From assembly GCA_044347515.1 (NCBI GenBank), contig JBIKUO010000003.1, positions 40,558-104,557 of the forward strand: DNA of 64,000 nt, written 5' to 3'. Each line of letters begins with the position of its first letter. The stretch's first letter is position 1. The notes below the pieces were generated by a model. That model had not been told where the DNA came from. It saw only the letters and a list, made by a program, of their open reading frames with translations, and did not search any database. The position numbers were made by a program, and so were the translations under genes. This document shows, piece after piece, positions 48,659 to 57,003 of the stretch. Source of the stretch: Crocinitomicaceae bacterium (GTDB lineage Bacteria; Bacteroidota; Bacteroidia; Flavobacteriales_D; Crocinitomicaceae).

Positions 48659-49700
48659 GTTTCTTACGTTTTTTGTCGATTCGGAGCACCCAACGCTCAA
48701 AATAAATAACTTTTAGACGAATAGGTAAGCGATTAAACAGCGCATCTTTTGCTCGATCCAGGCTTATTTTTAGAGCATAGGGTGTTGCTAAAGCAAGAAT
48801 CCAACATCGTTTGGCAATAGGAATTGTCAATGTGGTGTGATAGCCGTAGGTGTTTCCCTGTTTCCCAGCAATGACTTCGCACACCTCAATTTCCTGAGTT
48901 GTCAATCCCGTTTTCCATGACTCAACTGCTGCGGTATGTATAGGTTTGGATAAATCACCAAAGCGTTTTTTCATGCGCTCGGCTTGTTCGTATTGGGTTT
49001 TTACTTCGCGTTGAAATAAGGCTTGATATGGCGCCAAGGCCTCTTGCGTTTCTATTTCTACTGGTATTTCAAGAAACTCACACACCTTGATTAACCAGTG
49101 GTCAGGGGCTTGAACCAAGTCTTCATAACGTACAATTAGTACGTGATTTGGATGCTGTTTTTGAAAGGTCGCTATGCGTTGTTCAAATTGAATCCAGCGC
49201 AATGAATTATAGTAGGCGCTGGTGGATTTTAAATGGATACTATTTTTCCTAGAATTCACATTGGCCCGGTAGTCGCGCATCATCCATATGTACTTTGAGT
49301 TTGAGTTGATGGCAGTCAGGGCGTCGAGGTAGTAGGAGTGAAGCGGATTCTTGTTAATGAAATGAACTGCATCTTTTGTGGGGGCAAGCGTATCCACAAA
49401 TGAACGGTATGTGTGAATAATTAGTTCTTCATACGACGTGATTTCCTTATTCGATACAAAGGAGTCCTTGTCAAACGTAAACCCAACATAGGGTTGCAGG
49501 ATTCCAAAGGCCTTATGGAAACGCGCGGCCAATGCTAACTCTTCGCTATTGAATTCGGTTTTATTTTTCCATGCATGATAAAAAAATGGAATAAAATAGT
49601 TCTCCGGTCCTGCCCACACCTCAGGCTGTGCATTCAACATGCTTTGCAATAAGGTGGTACCTGAACGACCAATGCCAATGATGTGGTGATGCTTATTCAA
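48648..49700 (-). CDS. Sulfotransferase family protein (copy 2)
   Basis: IIGIGRSGTTLLQSMLN PSB loop and a MMRDYRANVNS 3-prime-PB-like region. TTG start overlaps the upstream stop by 8 nt. Confidence 0.75.
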   Translation of the reverse strand: MNKHHHIIGIGRSGTTLLQSMLNAQPEVWAGPENYFIPFFYHAWKNKTEFNSEELALAARFHKAFGILQPYVGFTFDKDSFVSNKEITSYEELIIHTYRSFVDTLAPTKDAVHFINKNPLHSYYLDALTAINSNSKYIWMMRDYRANVNSRKNSIHLKSTSAYYNSLRWIQFEQRIATFQKQHPNHVLIVRYEDLVQAPDHWLIKVCEFLEIPVEIETQEALAPYQALFQREVKTQYEQAERMKKRFGDLSKPIHTAAVESWKTGLTTQEIEVCEVIAGKQGNTYGYHTTLTIPIAKRCWILALATPYALKISLDRAKDALFNRLPIRLKVIYFERWVLRIDKKRKKHVA

Positions 49701-50667
49701 GTCGTTTCAATTTTAAGGACAAGGGAAGGTGAAAAAGCAATTTTTCTTTGAGGTCATACCAAAATGCTATGATTTGCAAGGTTAAAGGAACGTATACTGT
49801 AGCATCCGTTTCGAATTCATAGCCAAAATTAGGCATTTCATTTCGGCAGATCGATTCTATGATTTCCTGTTGTCGAAGATCCAGTACTTCACGCCATTGT
49901 TCAACGGCTCGGGAGCTTATTGGTTGATTTAAATCAACATATTTTTTATTTAAGCGGGCGTTGGATTCATTGTAGCCACTGGGGTTCCTAGTTGCGACTT
50001 CATCAATCTTCATTGGGCTCAATCCGAGGAACGCACAGAGTTCATTTATAGTCTGCTGCGGATGCATTACAAACTGTTCATACCTCAATAAATAGATTTG
50101 CGAGGAATAATCACGCATGAGGTGGTGAAAACGTCTATTATATCGTTTCCATCGGATAGCATTCAAGATCCAATGGTTATTCCTGCCATGAACCGAATTA
50201 ACGCTTTGGATGCGTGAAGCTACATTCGCTCGCGGATCACGTACCAGAAAAATGGCTTTAGTTTGTGGGTATTCCTTAAGAAAATGATGTGCATGTAAGG
50301 TGTTTACAGGATTCTTATCGATAATCCATTTCGGACTTTGGGCGTTCTTCTCGGACGCAGAATCGCTTGTAAATAAGGTCGAAAGTTGGTTCAAATAGCT
50401 GAAATAGTCTAATTTGCTTGGAATCTTTGTTATTTCTTCAGTTTGAATATGCCATGGATGACCTGGATGCCTTCGCTTCATGGCATTTATAAAGCGTACA
50501 ACTAAATGATTTCTTTTTGAATTGAACCGATTATTTCGAAGTTCCTTATAAAAAAATGAGAACAAGGGAATTTCAGGATTATCCAAGCAATCGGGATGGC
50601 TTCCGAGTGTTTTTGAAAGTATGGTCGACCCGGATCGTCCGATTCCTATAATAAATAATCGATTCAA
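49693..50667 (-). CDS. Sulfotransferase family protein (copy 1)
   Basis: IIGIGRSGSTILSKTL PSB loop and a LVRDPRANVAS 3-prime-PB-like region. TTG start 15 nt after the upstream stop. Confidence 0.75.
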   Translation of the reverse strand: MNRLFIIGIGRSGSTILSKTLGSHPDCLDNPEIPLFSFFYKELRNNRFNSKRNHLVVRFINAMKRRHPGHPWHIQTEEITKIPSKLDYFSYLNQLSTLFTSDSASEKNAQSPKWIIDKNPVNTLHAHHFLKEYPQTKAIFLVRDPRANVASRIQSVNSVHGRNNHWILNAIRWKRYNRRFHHLMRDYSSQIYLLRYEQFVMHPQQTINELCAFLGLSPMKIDEVATRNPSGYNESNARLNKKYVDLNQPISSRAVEQWREVLDLRQQEIIESICRNEMPNFGYEFETDATVYVPLTLQIIAFWYDLKEKLLFHLPLSLKLKRLE

Positions 50668-50682
50668 GTTATTTAATGTAAA

Positions 50683-52983
50683 CTATTGATTATTAATTTT
50701 TTGAATGTAATATTCTATGCGTGCTATTTCTTCATTCGCCGCTTGATTATTCATCTTACGTAAGGAGCTAATCGCCCGATTGAATGCCCGTATGGCCTTT
50801 TCTTTTTCACCCAGATTCACATATGAATTTCCAATTTGCACAAAGTCTTTAGCCTTACCCTTTCCTGTTTTGATTTGATGTTTGTGGATTGCTATAATTG
50901 CTTCATAACGAAGTGCATTTATGAGGTAGGTATCCGTGAGTTCCTCCGCCTTGGATTCGGGAAATTTCTTTTCGATAACTGCTTTTGTCGCAATAATTTC
51001 ATCGATTAATGAATCTGAAATAGTTACAAAACGGTCGGGCGCAACAAAGTGACCCACCGCATTTTTACGGAAATCATCCACGATGTTGTAACTCGCTTTT
51101 TTTCCTGTATATAATTCCATTAATCGCTGATTAACTTGCTTGGCGTATGAAGGATTTAATTCGGCTAAGGTCTTGTTCCATGTCGCCTGTCCCGCAGCAT
51201 AAGCGCTAAGTTGAGCAATCGAAGTTGGATTTAATCCATCGGCTAAAAACAATTTTCCCCGTTCTTCGAATTGACTAAGTAAGCCTAAAACGCTTAAACT
51301 TGAAAGGGAATCAAACGTGTAAATTGCTGGATTTTTCAGTGATTTATCCGTTAAGAACCCTTCGTTTCGTTTCCAAACAATGTAGGTCTTTACCTGTGAA
51401 ACTAAGCGGTTTTCCCATGCTTCTTGATAATCGGGTTGTTTCATGGTGAGTTCGTTAAGTAAGGCTAAAGACGCCCGCTCATCACATAAGAAAGAAGATT
51501 CAATGGAGGCCAAGTTGCTTTTAATTTTGTAATAATCTGGAAAGACGTGGAGCGCGTTCTCATAAGCTTGTTTGGCCCTGATTACTTGGCTGTAGATTGC
51601 TTCTTGGTTTTCTGACTGCACATCGTTCCAAGATTGATTGATTTGATATTGTAATTCTTGTCCAAGCAAAGCATGAACTTTAGCGGATTTTGTGGTTGAG
51701 CTATCGGATTCATAAAGACTCAAGCGATTGGTCCATGCGCCGTTTCGAATGAAGACCATGCTTAAACTGTAAAGGCTGAATGCGATAAAAATTAGGGGGG
51801 CAATATTTTTTTTGATTGTGGAGAATTGGTTCAACAGAAAGACGATGGTAATGCATAGTCCCAGGCTTGCAGTAAATGCTAAGCGTTCACCAACAATTCC
51901 AACCATTGGAAAGATTAAGTTACATGCTCCAACAATAGCCAGAAAGAAAAATACCAGTCCAAAACTCATTTCGGTGTGAGTCTTTTTTACAACGGACCAT
52001 AAAATAAAACCTACGATGATTAATAGTGTTGTAGCGCTAATGAGCGTTGCAAGGGTGAATGCTGGGGAAACGGTAAATGACCCCAAGCCATAATAGCATT
52101 GTAAATCCAAGGGTAGGATGCTCTGTTTAACATACCAAATCACGGAGTCAAAGAATAGGGGGATGCGCTGAATGAAGTTGTATTCAAACGCTGGATTTTC
52201 AACGATGGAAAATTCTCGAATTTTATCAGTTTCAATTAATCCCTTTTTTAATAATCCAAAAACGATTCGAGCTCCGAGTAGCGATGCGGATATATAAGCT
52301 ACAGATTTCCATGAAAAGGATCGAAAGAATACAAGGGCAATGGGAATTATCACCAACATGGGCATGGCCGTTTTTTTACTCAACAAAGCCAAAAGCAAAT
52401 ACAGCAACGTAAAGAGTAATGATTTCCATTTTCGTGAATCGACAAACCGTAGTGCGGAACGCAAGGCTAGTAAAGAGAACAACATGCTGAGCAATTCATC
52501 TCGATTTTTTAAACTATTAACGACCTCACTGTGAATGGGTAAGCTAAGAAAAAGCAAGGTAATTACGAACGCTATACCGTGCTTTGAAGGACCAAACAGG
52601 TTATTCAGGGTGCTGAATAAAATAATGCCAAGCAGCGCATACAAGAGCAGTTGAACAAAGTGGGAAATGTGAACCCATGCATCGGAGCTTCCAAATAGAC
52701 TGTTTTCAATGGCAAAGGTGGTCAGAACGACTGGACGGTATTCGTAGTTTTGTTCCTCATTGGCAGCGTAGGAAGTGCTAAAAATTGCGGGTATTCCTCT
52801 TATTCCTTTACTTACCAGTGGATGTTCTTGTCGATCTGTACATGTAACTAATTCATCATCTAAGGCAAAGGTGTTTTTAATCGTGTTACCATAAAACAAG
52901 AATACCCATAGAATGAGTACGAGATAAACAAAACGTTGGGATAACGTAAAAACTCTACCAAAGAAAGGGAATTCAAACTGCAC
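50683..52983 (-). CDS. Polytopic GT-C-like membrane protein with C-terminal TPR region (TMTC/PMT_2-like)
   Basis: 766 aa, with ~10 hydrophobic helices in the first ~420 aa. The first extracytoplasmic loop carries FALDDELV, the acidic DD/DE motif of GT-C enzymes. The C-terminal ~300 aa is helical and TPR-like. GTG start. Confidence 0.6.
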   Translation of the reverse strand: MQFEFPFFGRVFTLSQRFVYLVLILWVFLFYGNTIKNTFALDDELVTCTDRQEHPLVSKGIRGIPAIFSTSYAANEEQNYEYRPVVLTTFAIENSLFGSSDAWVHISHFVQLLLYALLGIILFSTLNNLFGPSKHGIAFVITLLFLSLPIHSEVVNSLKNRDELLSMLFSLLALRSALRFVDSRKWKSLLFTLLYLLLALLSKKTAMPMLVIIPIALVFFRSFSWKSVAYISASLLGARIVFGLLKKGLIETDKIREFSIVENPAFEYNFIQRIPLFFDSVIWYVKQSILPLDLQCYYGLGSFTVSPAFTLATLISATTLLIIVGFILWSVVKKTHTEMSFGLVFFFLAIVGACNLIFPMVGIVGERLAFTASLGLCITIVFLLNQFSTIKKNIAPLIFIAFSLYSLSMVFIRNGAWTNRLSLYESDSSTTKSAKVHALLGQELQYQINQSWNDVQSENQEAIYSQVIRAKQAYENALHVFPDYYKIKSNLASIESSFLCDERASLALLNELTMKQPDYQEAWENRLVSQVKTYIVWKRNEGFLTDKSLKNPAIYTFDSLSSLSVLGLLSQFEERGKLFLADGLNPTSIAQLSAYAAGQATWNKTLAELNPSYAKQVNQRLMELYTGKKASYNIVDDFRKNAVGHFVAPDRFVTISDSLIDEIIATKAVIEKKFPESKAEELTDTYLINALRYEAIIAIHKHQIKTGKGKAKDFVQIGNSYVNLGEKEKAIRAFNRAISSLRKMNNQAANEEIARIEYYIQKINNQ

Positions 52984-52987
52984 AACT

Positions 52988-52995
52988 CAAAGGTA
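52988..52995 (-). promoter_or_regulatory. Bacteroidota -7 promoter box (TACCTTTG), 4 nt before the GTG start of the GT-C/sulfotransferase operon
   Basis: Exact TAnnTTTG match on the minus strand, located just downstream of the terminator of the preceding gene. Confidence 0.45.
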
Positions 52996-53005
52996 GTATT
53001 TTAAT

Positions 53006-53032
53006 CAAAAAAAAATCCCGGTTTCCCGGGAT
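53006..53032 (-). terminator. Rho-independent terminator of the 53038..53400 gene
   Basis: Stem ATCCCGG (53015..53021) pairs with CCGGGAT (53026..53032) across a 4-nt loop. The plus-strand A-run 53006..53015 is a U-run on the minus transcript. Confidence 0.8.
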
Positions 53033-53037
53033 TTAAA

Positions 53038-53400
53038 CTAGTTCTTAACTTCTTTATGTTCTGCTTTTTCGCGTTTCTTCTTTTTAATCTCCTTAACCTC
53101 TTTTTCTAATTTTTCATATTGCGCAGCAGTTAAAACATCTTTTAACATGGCTTTTCTTGCCTGTTGATTACTTTTTAATACTTCGTTCTTAACCTCTTCA
53201 GAAAACGTAGAAGTTTTGATTCCATCATTTTTCATGATGATTCCCAAATTGATGTCATATACTTTCGTATACTGATCATCAGTTAAATTCAACTCAGTTT
53301 TCATCCGATTGGTTTGATTTGTAGCGCGTTCTTCTGCAGTCGTTTGAGCAAAACTCATAACCGAAACAAAAAGTAACGCAATTAAAAAGATGTTCTTCAT
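53038..53400 (-). CDS. Small periplasmic LTXXQ-motif protein (Spy/CpxP-like or DUF4890-like)
   Basis: Signal peptide, LTDDQ and LTAAQ motifs, and a Lys/Glu-rich helical tail. 120 aa. Confidence 0.5.
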   Translation of the reverse strand: MKNIFLIALLFVSVMSFAQTTAEERATNQTNRMKTELNLTDDQYTKVYDINLGIIMKNDGIKTSTFSEEVKNEVLKSNQQARKAMLKDVLTAAQYEKLEKEVKEIKKKKREKAEHKEVKN

Positions 53401-53515
53401 GGCGATTTAATTTTTGATAAATGTACGAATAACCTAGGTCTATGGATGCCTTGCCTTGTTAATTTTAGTCAATTTTGTTTTCGGCAGTTCCTTTCCCTTT
53501 ACGTATATTCGCGCT

Positions 53516-54409
53516 ATGGCCTTGAAATGGAAATCCCTAGTACCCACATTTTTAAAGGAGATATTCCGTTCCCTTAAGCGGAAAAAACGAAAGGCTGCCT
53601 TGCTTAATCAGCAACAATCCGGACAGGGGTTAACGAAAGAAGAATTAAAAGAATCGGTTATAAATGCCGGTATACTTCCAGGTGATCACCTCATGGTGCA
53701 CGCCAGTTTAAGCAAGATGGGATTTATCGAAGGGGGAGCCGACACGGTAGTTGAAGTACTTAAGGAAATAGTTGGTGCAGAAGGTTTGATTCTAATGCCA
53801 ACTTCGCCCATTGCGCGCTTGCAATTAGATTATGTGTCTGCCAATCCCTCGTTCGATGTCTTGAATACTCCGTCGGCTATGGGTAAAGTCTCTGAAGTAT
53901 TCAGAACCTCGGATGGCGTCGTTAGGAGCTATCATCCCACGGAACCGGTTGCAGCTTGGGGAGCGCAAGCGTACCAATACATTAAAGATCACACCAATAA
54001 AAACACCCCGTACCATTGGGATTCACCGTATGGGAAACTCATTAAACACGGTGGAAAAATTTTGTACATCGGTGTGACACTCGACAATGCCGGTACGCAT
54101 TTACATACCTTGGAAGATGCCGTAGATGTTGGGGTTCCGGTATATTATGCGCAAGAATTTAGGCTCCCTGTGCGTGACTATGAAGGCAAAGAACTACTTA
54201 TAACTACGAAAGTTCATAATCCGGAATACTCAAAAAAACGCCGCTGTGATGAATTACTTCCCATGTTTTTACGCGAAGGGGTTTATCGTGAAGTATATAT
54301 TGGAAAGGCTAAAACCCTGGTCTTTGATGCTAAAAAAATGTTTGATGTGATGGTGAGCGCCTTCACTGATCGAGGAGTAACCATGTATAATCCCAATGGA
54401 AACGAATGA
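53516..54409 (+). CDS. AAC(3) family N-acetyltransferase (aminoglycoside 3-N-acetyltransferase fold)
   Basis: LMVHASLSKMGFIEGGADTVVEVLKEIVGAEGLILMPT is the hallmark N-terminal region of the AAC(3) family. The ORF opens on TTG at 53456 and the first ATG is at 53516. Confidence 0.7.
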   Translation: MALKWKSLVPTFLKEIFRSLKRKKRKAALLNQQQSGQGLTKEELKESVINAGILPGDHLMVHASLSKMGFIEGGADTVVEVLKEIVGAEGLILMPTSPIARLQLDYVSANPSFDVLNTPSAMGKVSEVFRTSDGVVRSYHPTEPVAAWGAQAYQYIKDHTNKNTPYHWDSPYGKLIKHGGKILYIGVTLDNAGTHLHTLEDAVDVGVPVYYAQEFRLPVRDYEGKELLITTKVHNPEYSKKRRCDELLPMFLREGVYREVYIGKAKTLVFDAKKMFDVMVSAFTDRGVTMYNPNGNE

Positions 54410-55377
54410 AGATAGCTATTACTTGGGATTATGAGTTGTTTTTTGGCGAACGCAGCGGTACCGTGGAGCAATGCATGCTCGAACCTACGGATCGTTTGTT
54501 ATCTCTCGCAGCTAAATACAAGATTCCATTTACCTTTTTTCCCGACGCAGGGTGTTTAATCAAGTTTGAGGAGCAAGTAGCGTGTCATCAAGCACTTCAA
54601 GCGATTAAAAATCAAATCCAGTTATGGGATGCCAAGGGGCATGAAACGGGCTTGCACATTCATCCACACTGGGAAAGGTCCAGTTGGAATGGTCAGCAAT
54701 GGGAACATGATTTATCCTTCTATAAGTTGTCAGATTTTTCCAATGAAGAAGCGTCTGGTATAGTTGAACGTTACGCATCCTATATGAATTCCTTACTTGC
54801 TCAACCGATGCAAAGTTATCGGGCGGGAGGATGGTGCGCGCAACCTTTTGCACCCGTGGCAGATGCTATGAAAAAAGCTGGGATTCACCTGGATTCTTCC
54901 GTGTTTAAAGGAGGAAAGAACACTACGAAACCGTATCACTATGATTTTACGGATACACCGGATGTATCGCATTGGAAATTCACGGAAGACCCTGCCGTAT
55001 TGCATGCAGATGGTATCTTTACGGAATTGCCCATAGCATCGATGAATTACTCGCCCTTGTTTTTCTGGAAACTCTTTGTGCTTGGACGCCTTAATCCTGG
55101 GCAACATAAACCCATAGGGAATGGACTTCCGGCAAAAGGTGGAGGATCGAAAAAAGAGTTGCTTACACGCTCGCACCGCTTGTGTGTCAGTGCGGATGGA
55201 TATTTTTCAACACAACTGAATCGCGCGTTGTTTAAGGCAAAGCAAGCCAACGAATCATTTCTTGTCGTAATCGGTCATCCCAAGGCCTTAACACCATTTG
55301 GTTTGAAAACCTTGGAATCCTTTATCGCTAAACATAGTGGAGATCATGAATTTGTAACACTTTCCTCGGTCCTATGA
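54406..55377 (+). CDS. Polysaccharide deacetylase-like protein (CE4-related, EPS-locus type)
   Basis: MKIAITWDYELFFGE N-terminus and HIHPHW His motifs. 4-nt overlaps with both neighbouring genes. Confidence 0.6.
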   Translation: MKIAITWDYELFFGERSGTVEQCMLEPTDRLLSLAAKYKIPFTFFPDAGCLIKFEEQVACHQALQAIKNQIQLWDAKGHETGLHIHPHWERSSWNGQQWEHDLSFYKLSDFSNEEASGIVERYASYMNSLLAQPMQSYRAGGWCAQPFAPVADAMKKAGIHLDSSVFKGGKNTTKPYHYDFTDTPDVSHWKFTEDPAVLHADGIFTELPIASMNYSPLFFWKLFVLGRLNPGQHKPIGNGLPAKGGGSKKELLTRSHRLCVSADGYFSTQLNRALFKAKQANESFLVVIGHPKALTPFGLKTLESFIAKHSGDHEFVTLSSVL

Positions 55378-56264
55378 TTGTAGCTAATGCACAACTCGAT
55401 AAGCAGCGTTGGGACCAGAGAGTCTTAGCGGAACAACCTGAAGGCTTCTTTTTCATGTTGAGTTGGTATTTGGATTCGGTCGCACCGGGTTGGGAAGGCT
55501 ACGTGCTTGGTGATTATGAGGGCATTTATCCCATCGTGCCTCTGCAAAAGTTTGGGGTAAGTTATACGCACATGCCGTTTCTTACGCGAAGCTTTTTTCC
55601 GATCGGGTTTGATGATACACAATCCGTGGCGCTTCAACAATACCTTTCGAATCGTTTTTCCTATCTGCAGTTGGCAGGTCTGTCATTAAATGAGCCTTAT
55701 CAACAGCAAATCCGAATATATCAAGTACTGGATTTAACAAGTTTCGATCGGTCTCAATGTTCTGAGAACCACCGCAGGCAGTATAAAAAAGCAGCCCAAC
55801 AAGGGTTTGAAATCGATACTTCGGTAAATCCAGCGGGTTTAATTACCCTTTTTCGTCAGGTGAAAGGGGCGGAATTTACCCATTTGAAAGATGCTGATTA
55901 TCTACTGTTAGCGCGTTTGATGGAAGAAGCCAACCGTCGTGGATATTTACGACAATTTACTTTATGGAATCAAGAAGAGATGGTCGGAGCTGCTGCGTAC
56001 TTGGAAGTGAACGGAAAGGTGTTGTATTTAAAAGGAGCCATTACGCCAGAAGCTATGAAGGTAGGAGGGATGGTGTATTTGCATGTGGAGGCAATGATGG
56101 CCTTAGCGCTTACTTGTTCCCAACTTGATTTTGGTGGCAGCAATGCCAAAGGGCTTGGAGAATTTAATCGAAAATTTGGTGCAAGGGATGTAGAATACCT
56201 ACTTTTGATTAAGAATTCGCTGGCTAAGCCCTTGGCTTGGTTGGCAAAACGTAAATTCGGTTAA
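55374..56264 (+). CDS. FemAB-like / Acetyltransf_6-type GNAT protein
   Basis: 296 aa. The C-terminal half (MVGAAAYLEVNGKVLYLKGA...DFGGSN..GL.EFNRKFGA) resembles the FemAB-related/BioF2-like acetyltransferase domain. Confidence 0.6.
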   Translation: MIVANAQLDKQRWDQRVLAEQPEGFFFMLSWYLDSVAPGWEGYVLGDYEGIYPIVPLQKFGVSYTHMPFLTRSFFPIGFDDTQSVALQQYLSNRFSYLQLAGLSLNEPYQQQIRIYQVLDLTSFDRSQCSENHRRQYKKAAQQGFEIDTSVNPAGLITLFRQVKGAEFTHLKDADYLLLARLMEEANRRGYLRQFTLWNQEEMVGAAAYLEVNGKVLYLKGAITPEAMKVGGMVYLHVEAMMALALTCSQLDFGGSNAKGLGEFNRKFGARDVEYLLLIKNSLAKPLAWLAKRKFG

Positions 56265-56977
56265 TGACAAAGTCAGTATTAATTACAGGAGCAAGTGGCG
56301 GTATAGGAATGCGCCTTGCAAAAGCGGTGATATCGAAGGGGTATCGTGTGGTCCTTCACGGTAACCAACACATGGAGGCCATTTCTGATTTGGATGGACT
56401 ATTTCCTGAACAGATTACCGCGGTAGCTGCTGATATTTCAACGGAATCGGGCATTAGTCAACTTACTCAAGCTGCAGGGGATTGTAATGTGGTATTGCAT
56501 TGCGCGGGCATCCCCAGTGCCGGCATTTCATGGAAGATAAGCGCAGAGGAATTCCGAAAAGTGAATGCAATTAATTACGAAGCGCCATTTTTTATATCTC
56601 AACAGCTCATTCCGGCGATGCGAAGCAAGGGGTGGGGTAGAATCGTCTTCTTTTCTTCGATCGTAGCACAAACTGGTATTCCAGGAACCGCGGCGTATTC
56701 GGCATCGAAAAGTGCCTTGTTTGGCTTAACACGGACCATGGCTTCAGAGTTAGCATCGAATGGCATTACGGTCAATTGCATTGCTCCGGGATACATGGAT
56801 GAAGGCATGATTCGAGAAATACCAGAGGCTATGCGTGAACAGATCATTGCAAGAACGCCCATCGCGAAACTCAGCGACACCGAGGGGATTATTAAGATGG
56901 TTGAATTGCTTCTTTCCGAGGAGTCTAATTCCATTACCGGCCAAGTGCTCTCCGTGAATGGCGGCTTGTGGATGTAA
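56264..56977 (+). CDS. SDR family oxidoreductase (FabG-like)
   Basis: TGASGGIG, catalytic S...Y-x3-K (YSASK), and C-terminal GQVLSVNGG. Confidence 0.85.
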   Translation: MTKSVLITGASGGIGMRLAKAVISKGYRVVLHGNQHMEAISDLDGLFPEQITAVAADISTESGISQLTQAAGDCNVVLHCAGIPSAGISWKISAEEFRKVNAINYEAPFFISQQLIPAMRSKGWGRIVFFSSIVAQTGIPGTAAYSASKSALFGLTRTMASELASNGITVNCIAPGYMDEGMIREIPEAMREQIIARTPIAKLSDTEGIIKMVELLLSEESNSITGQVLSVNGGLWM

Positions 56978-57003
56978 TTAAGACAAATTTTTAATCAAAA
57001 ACT

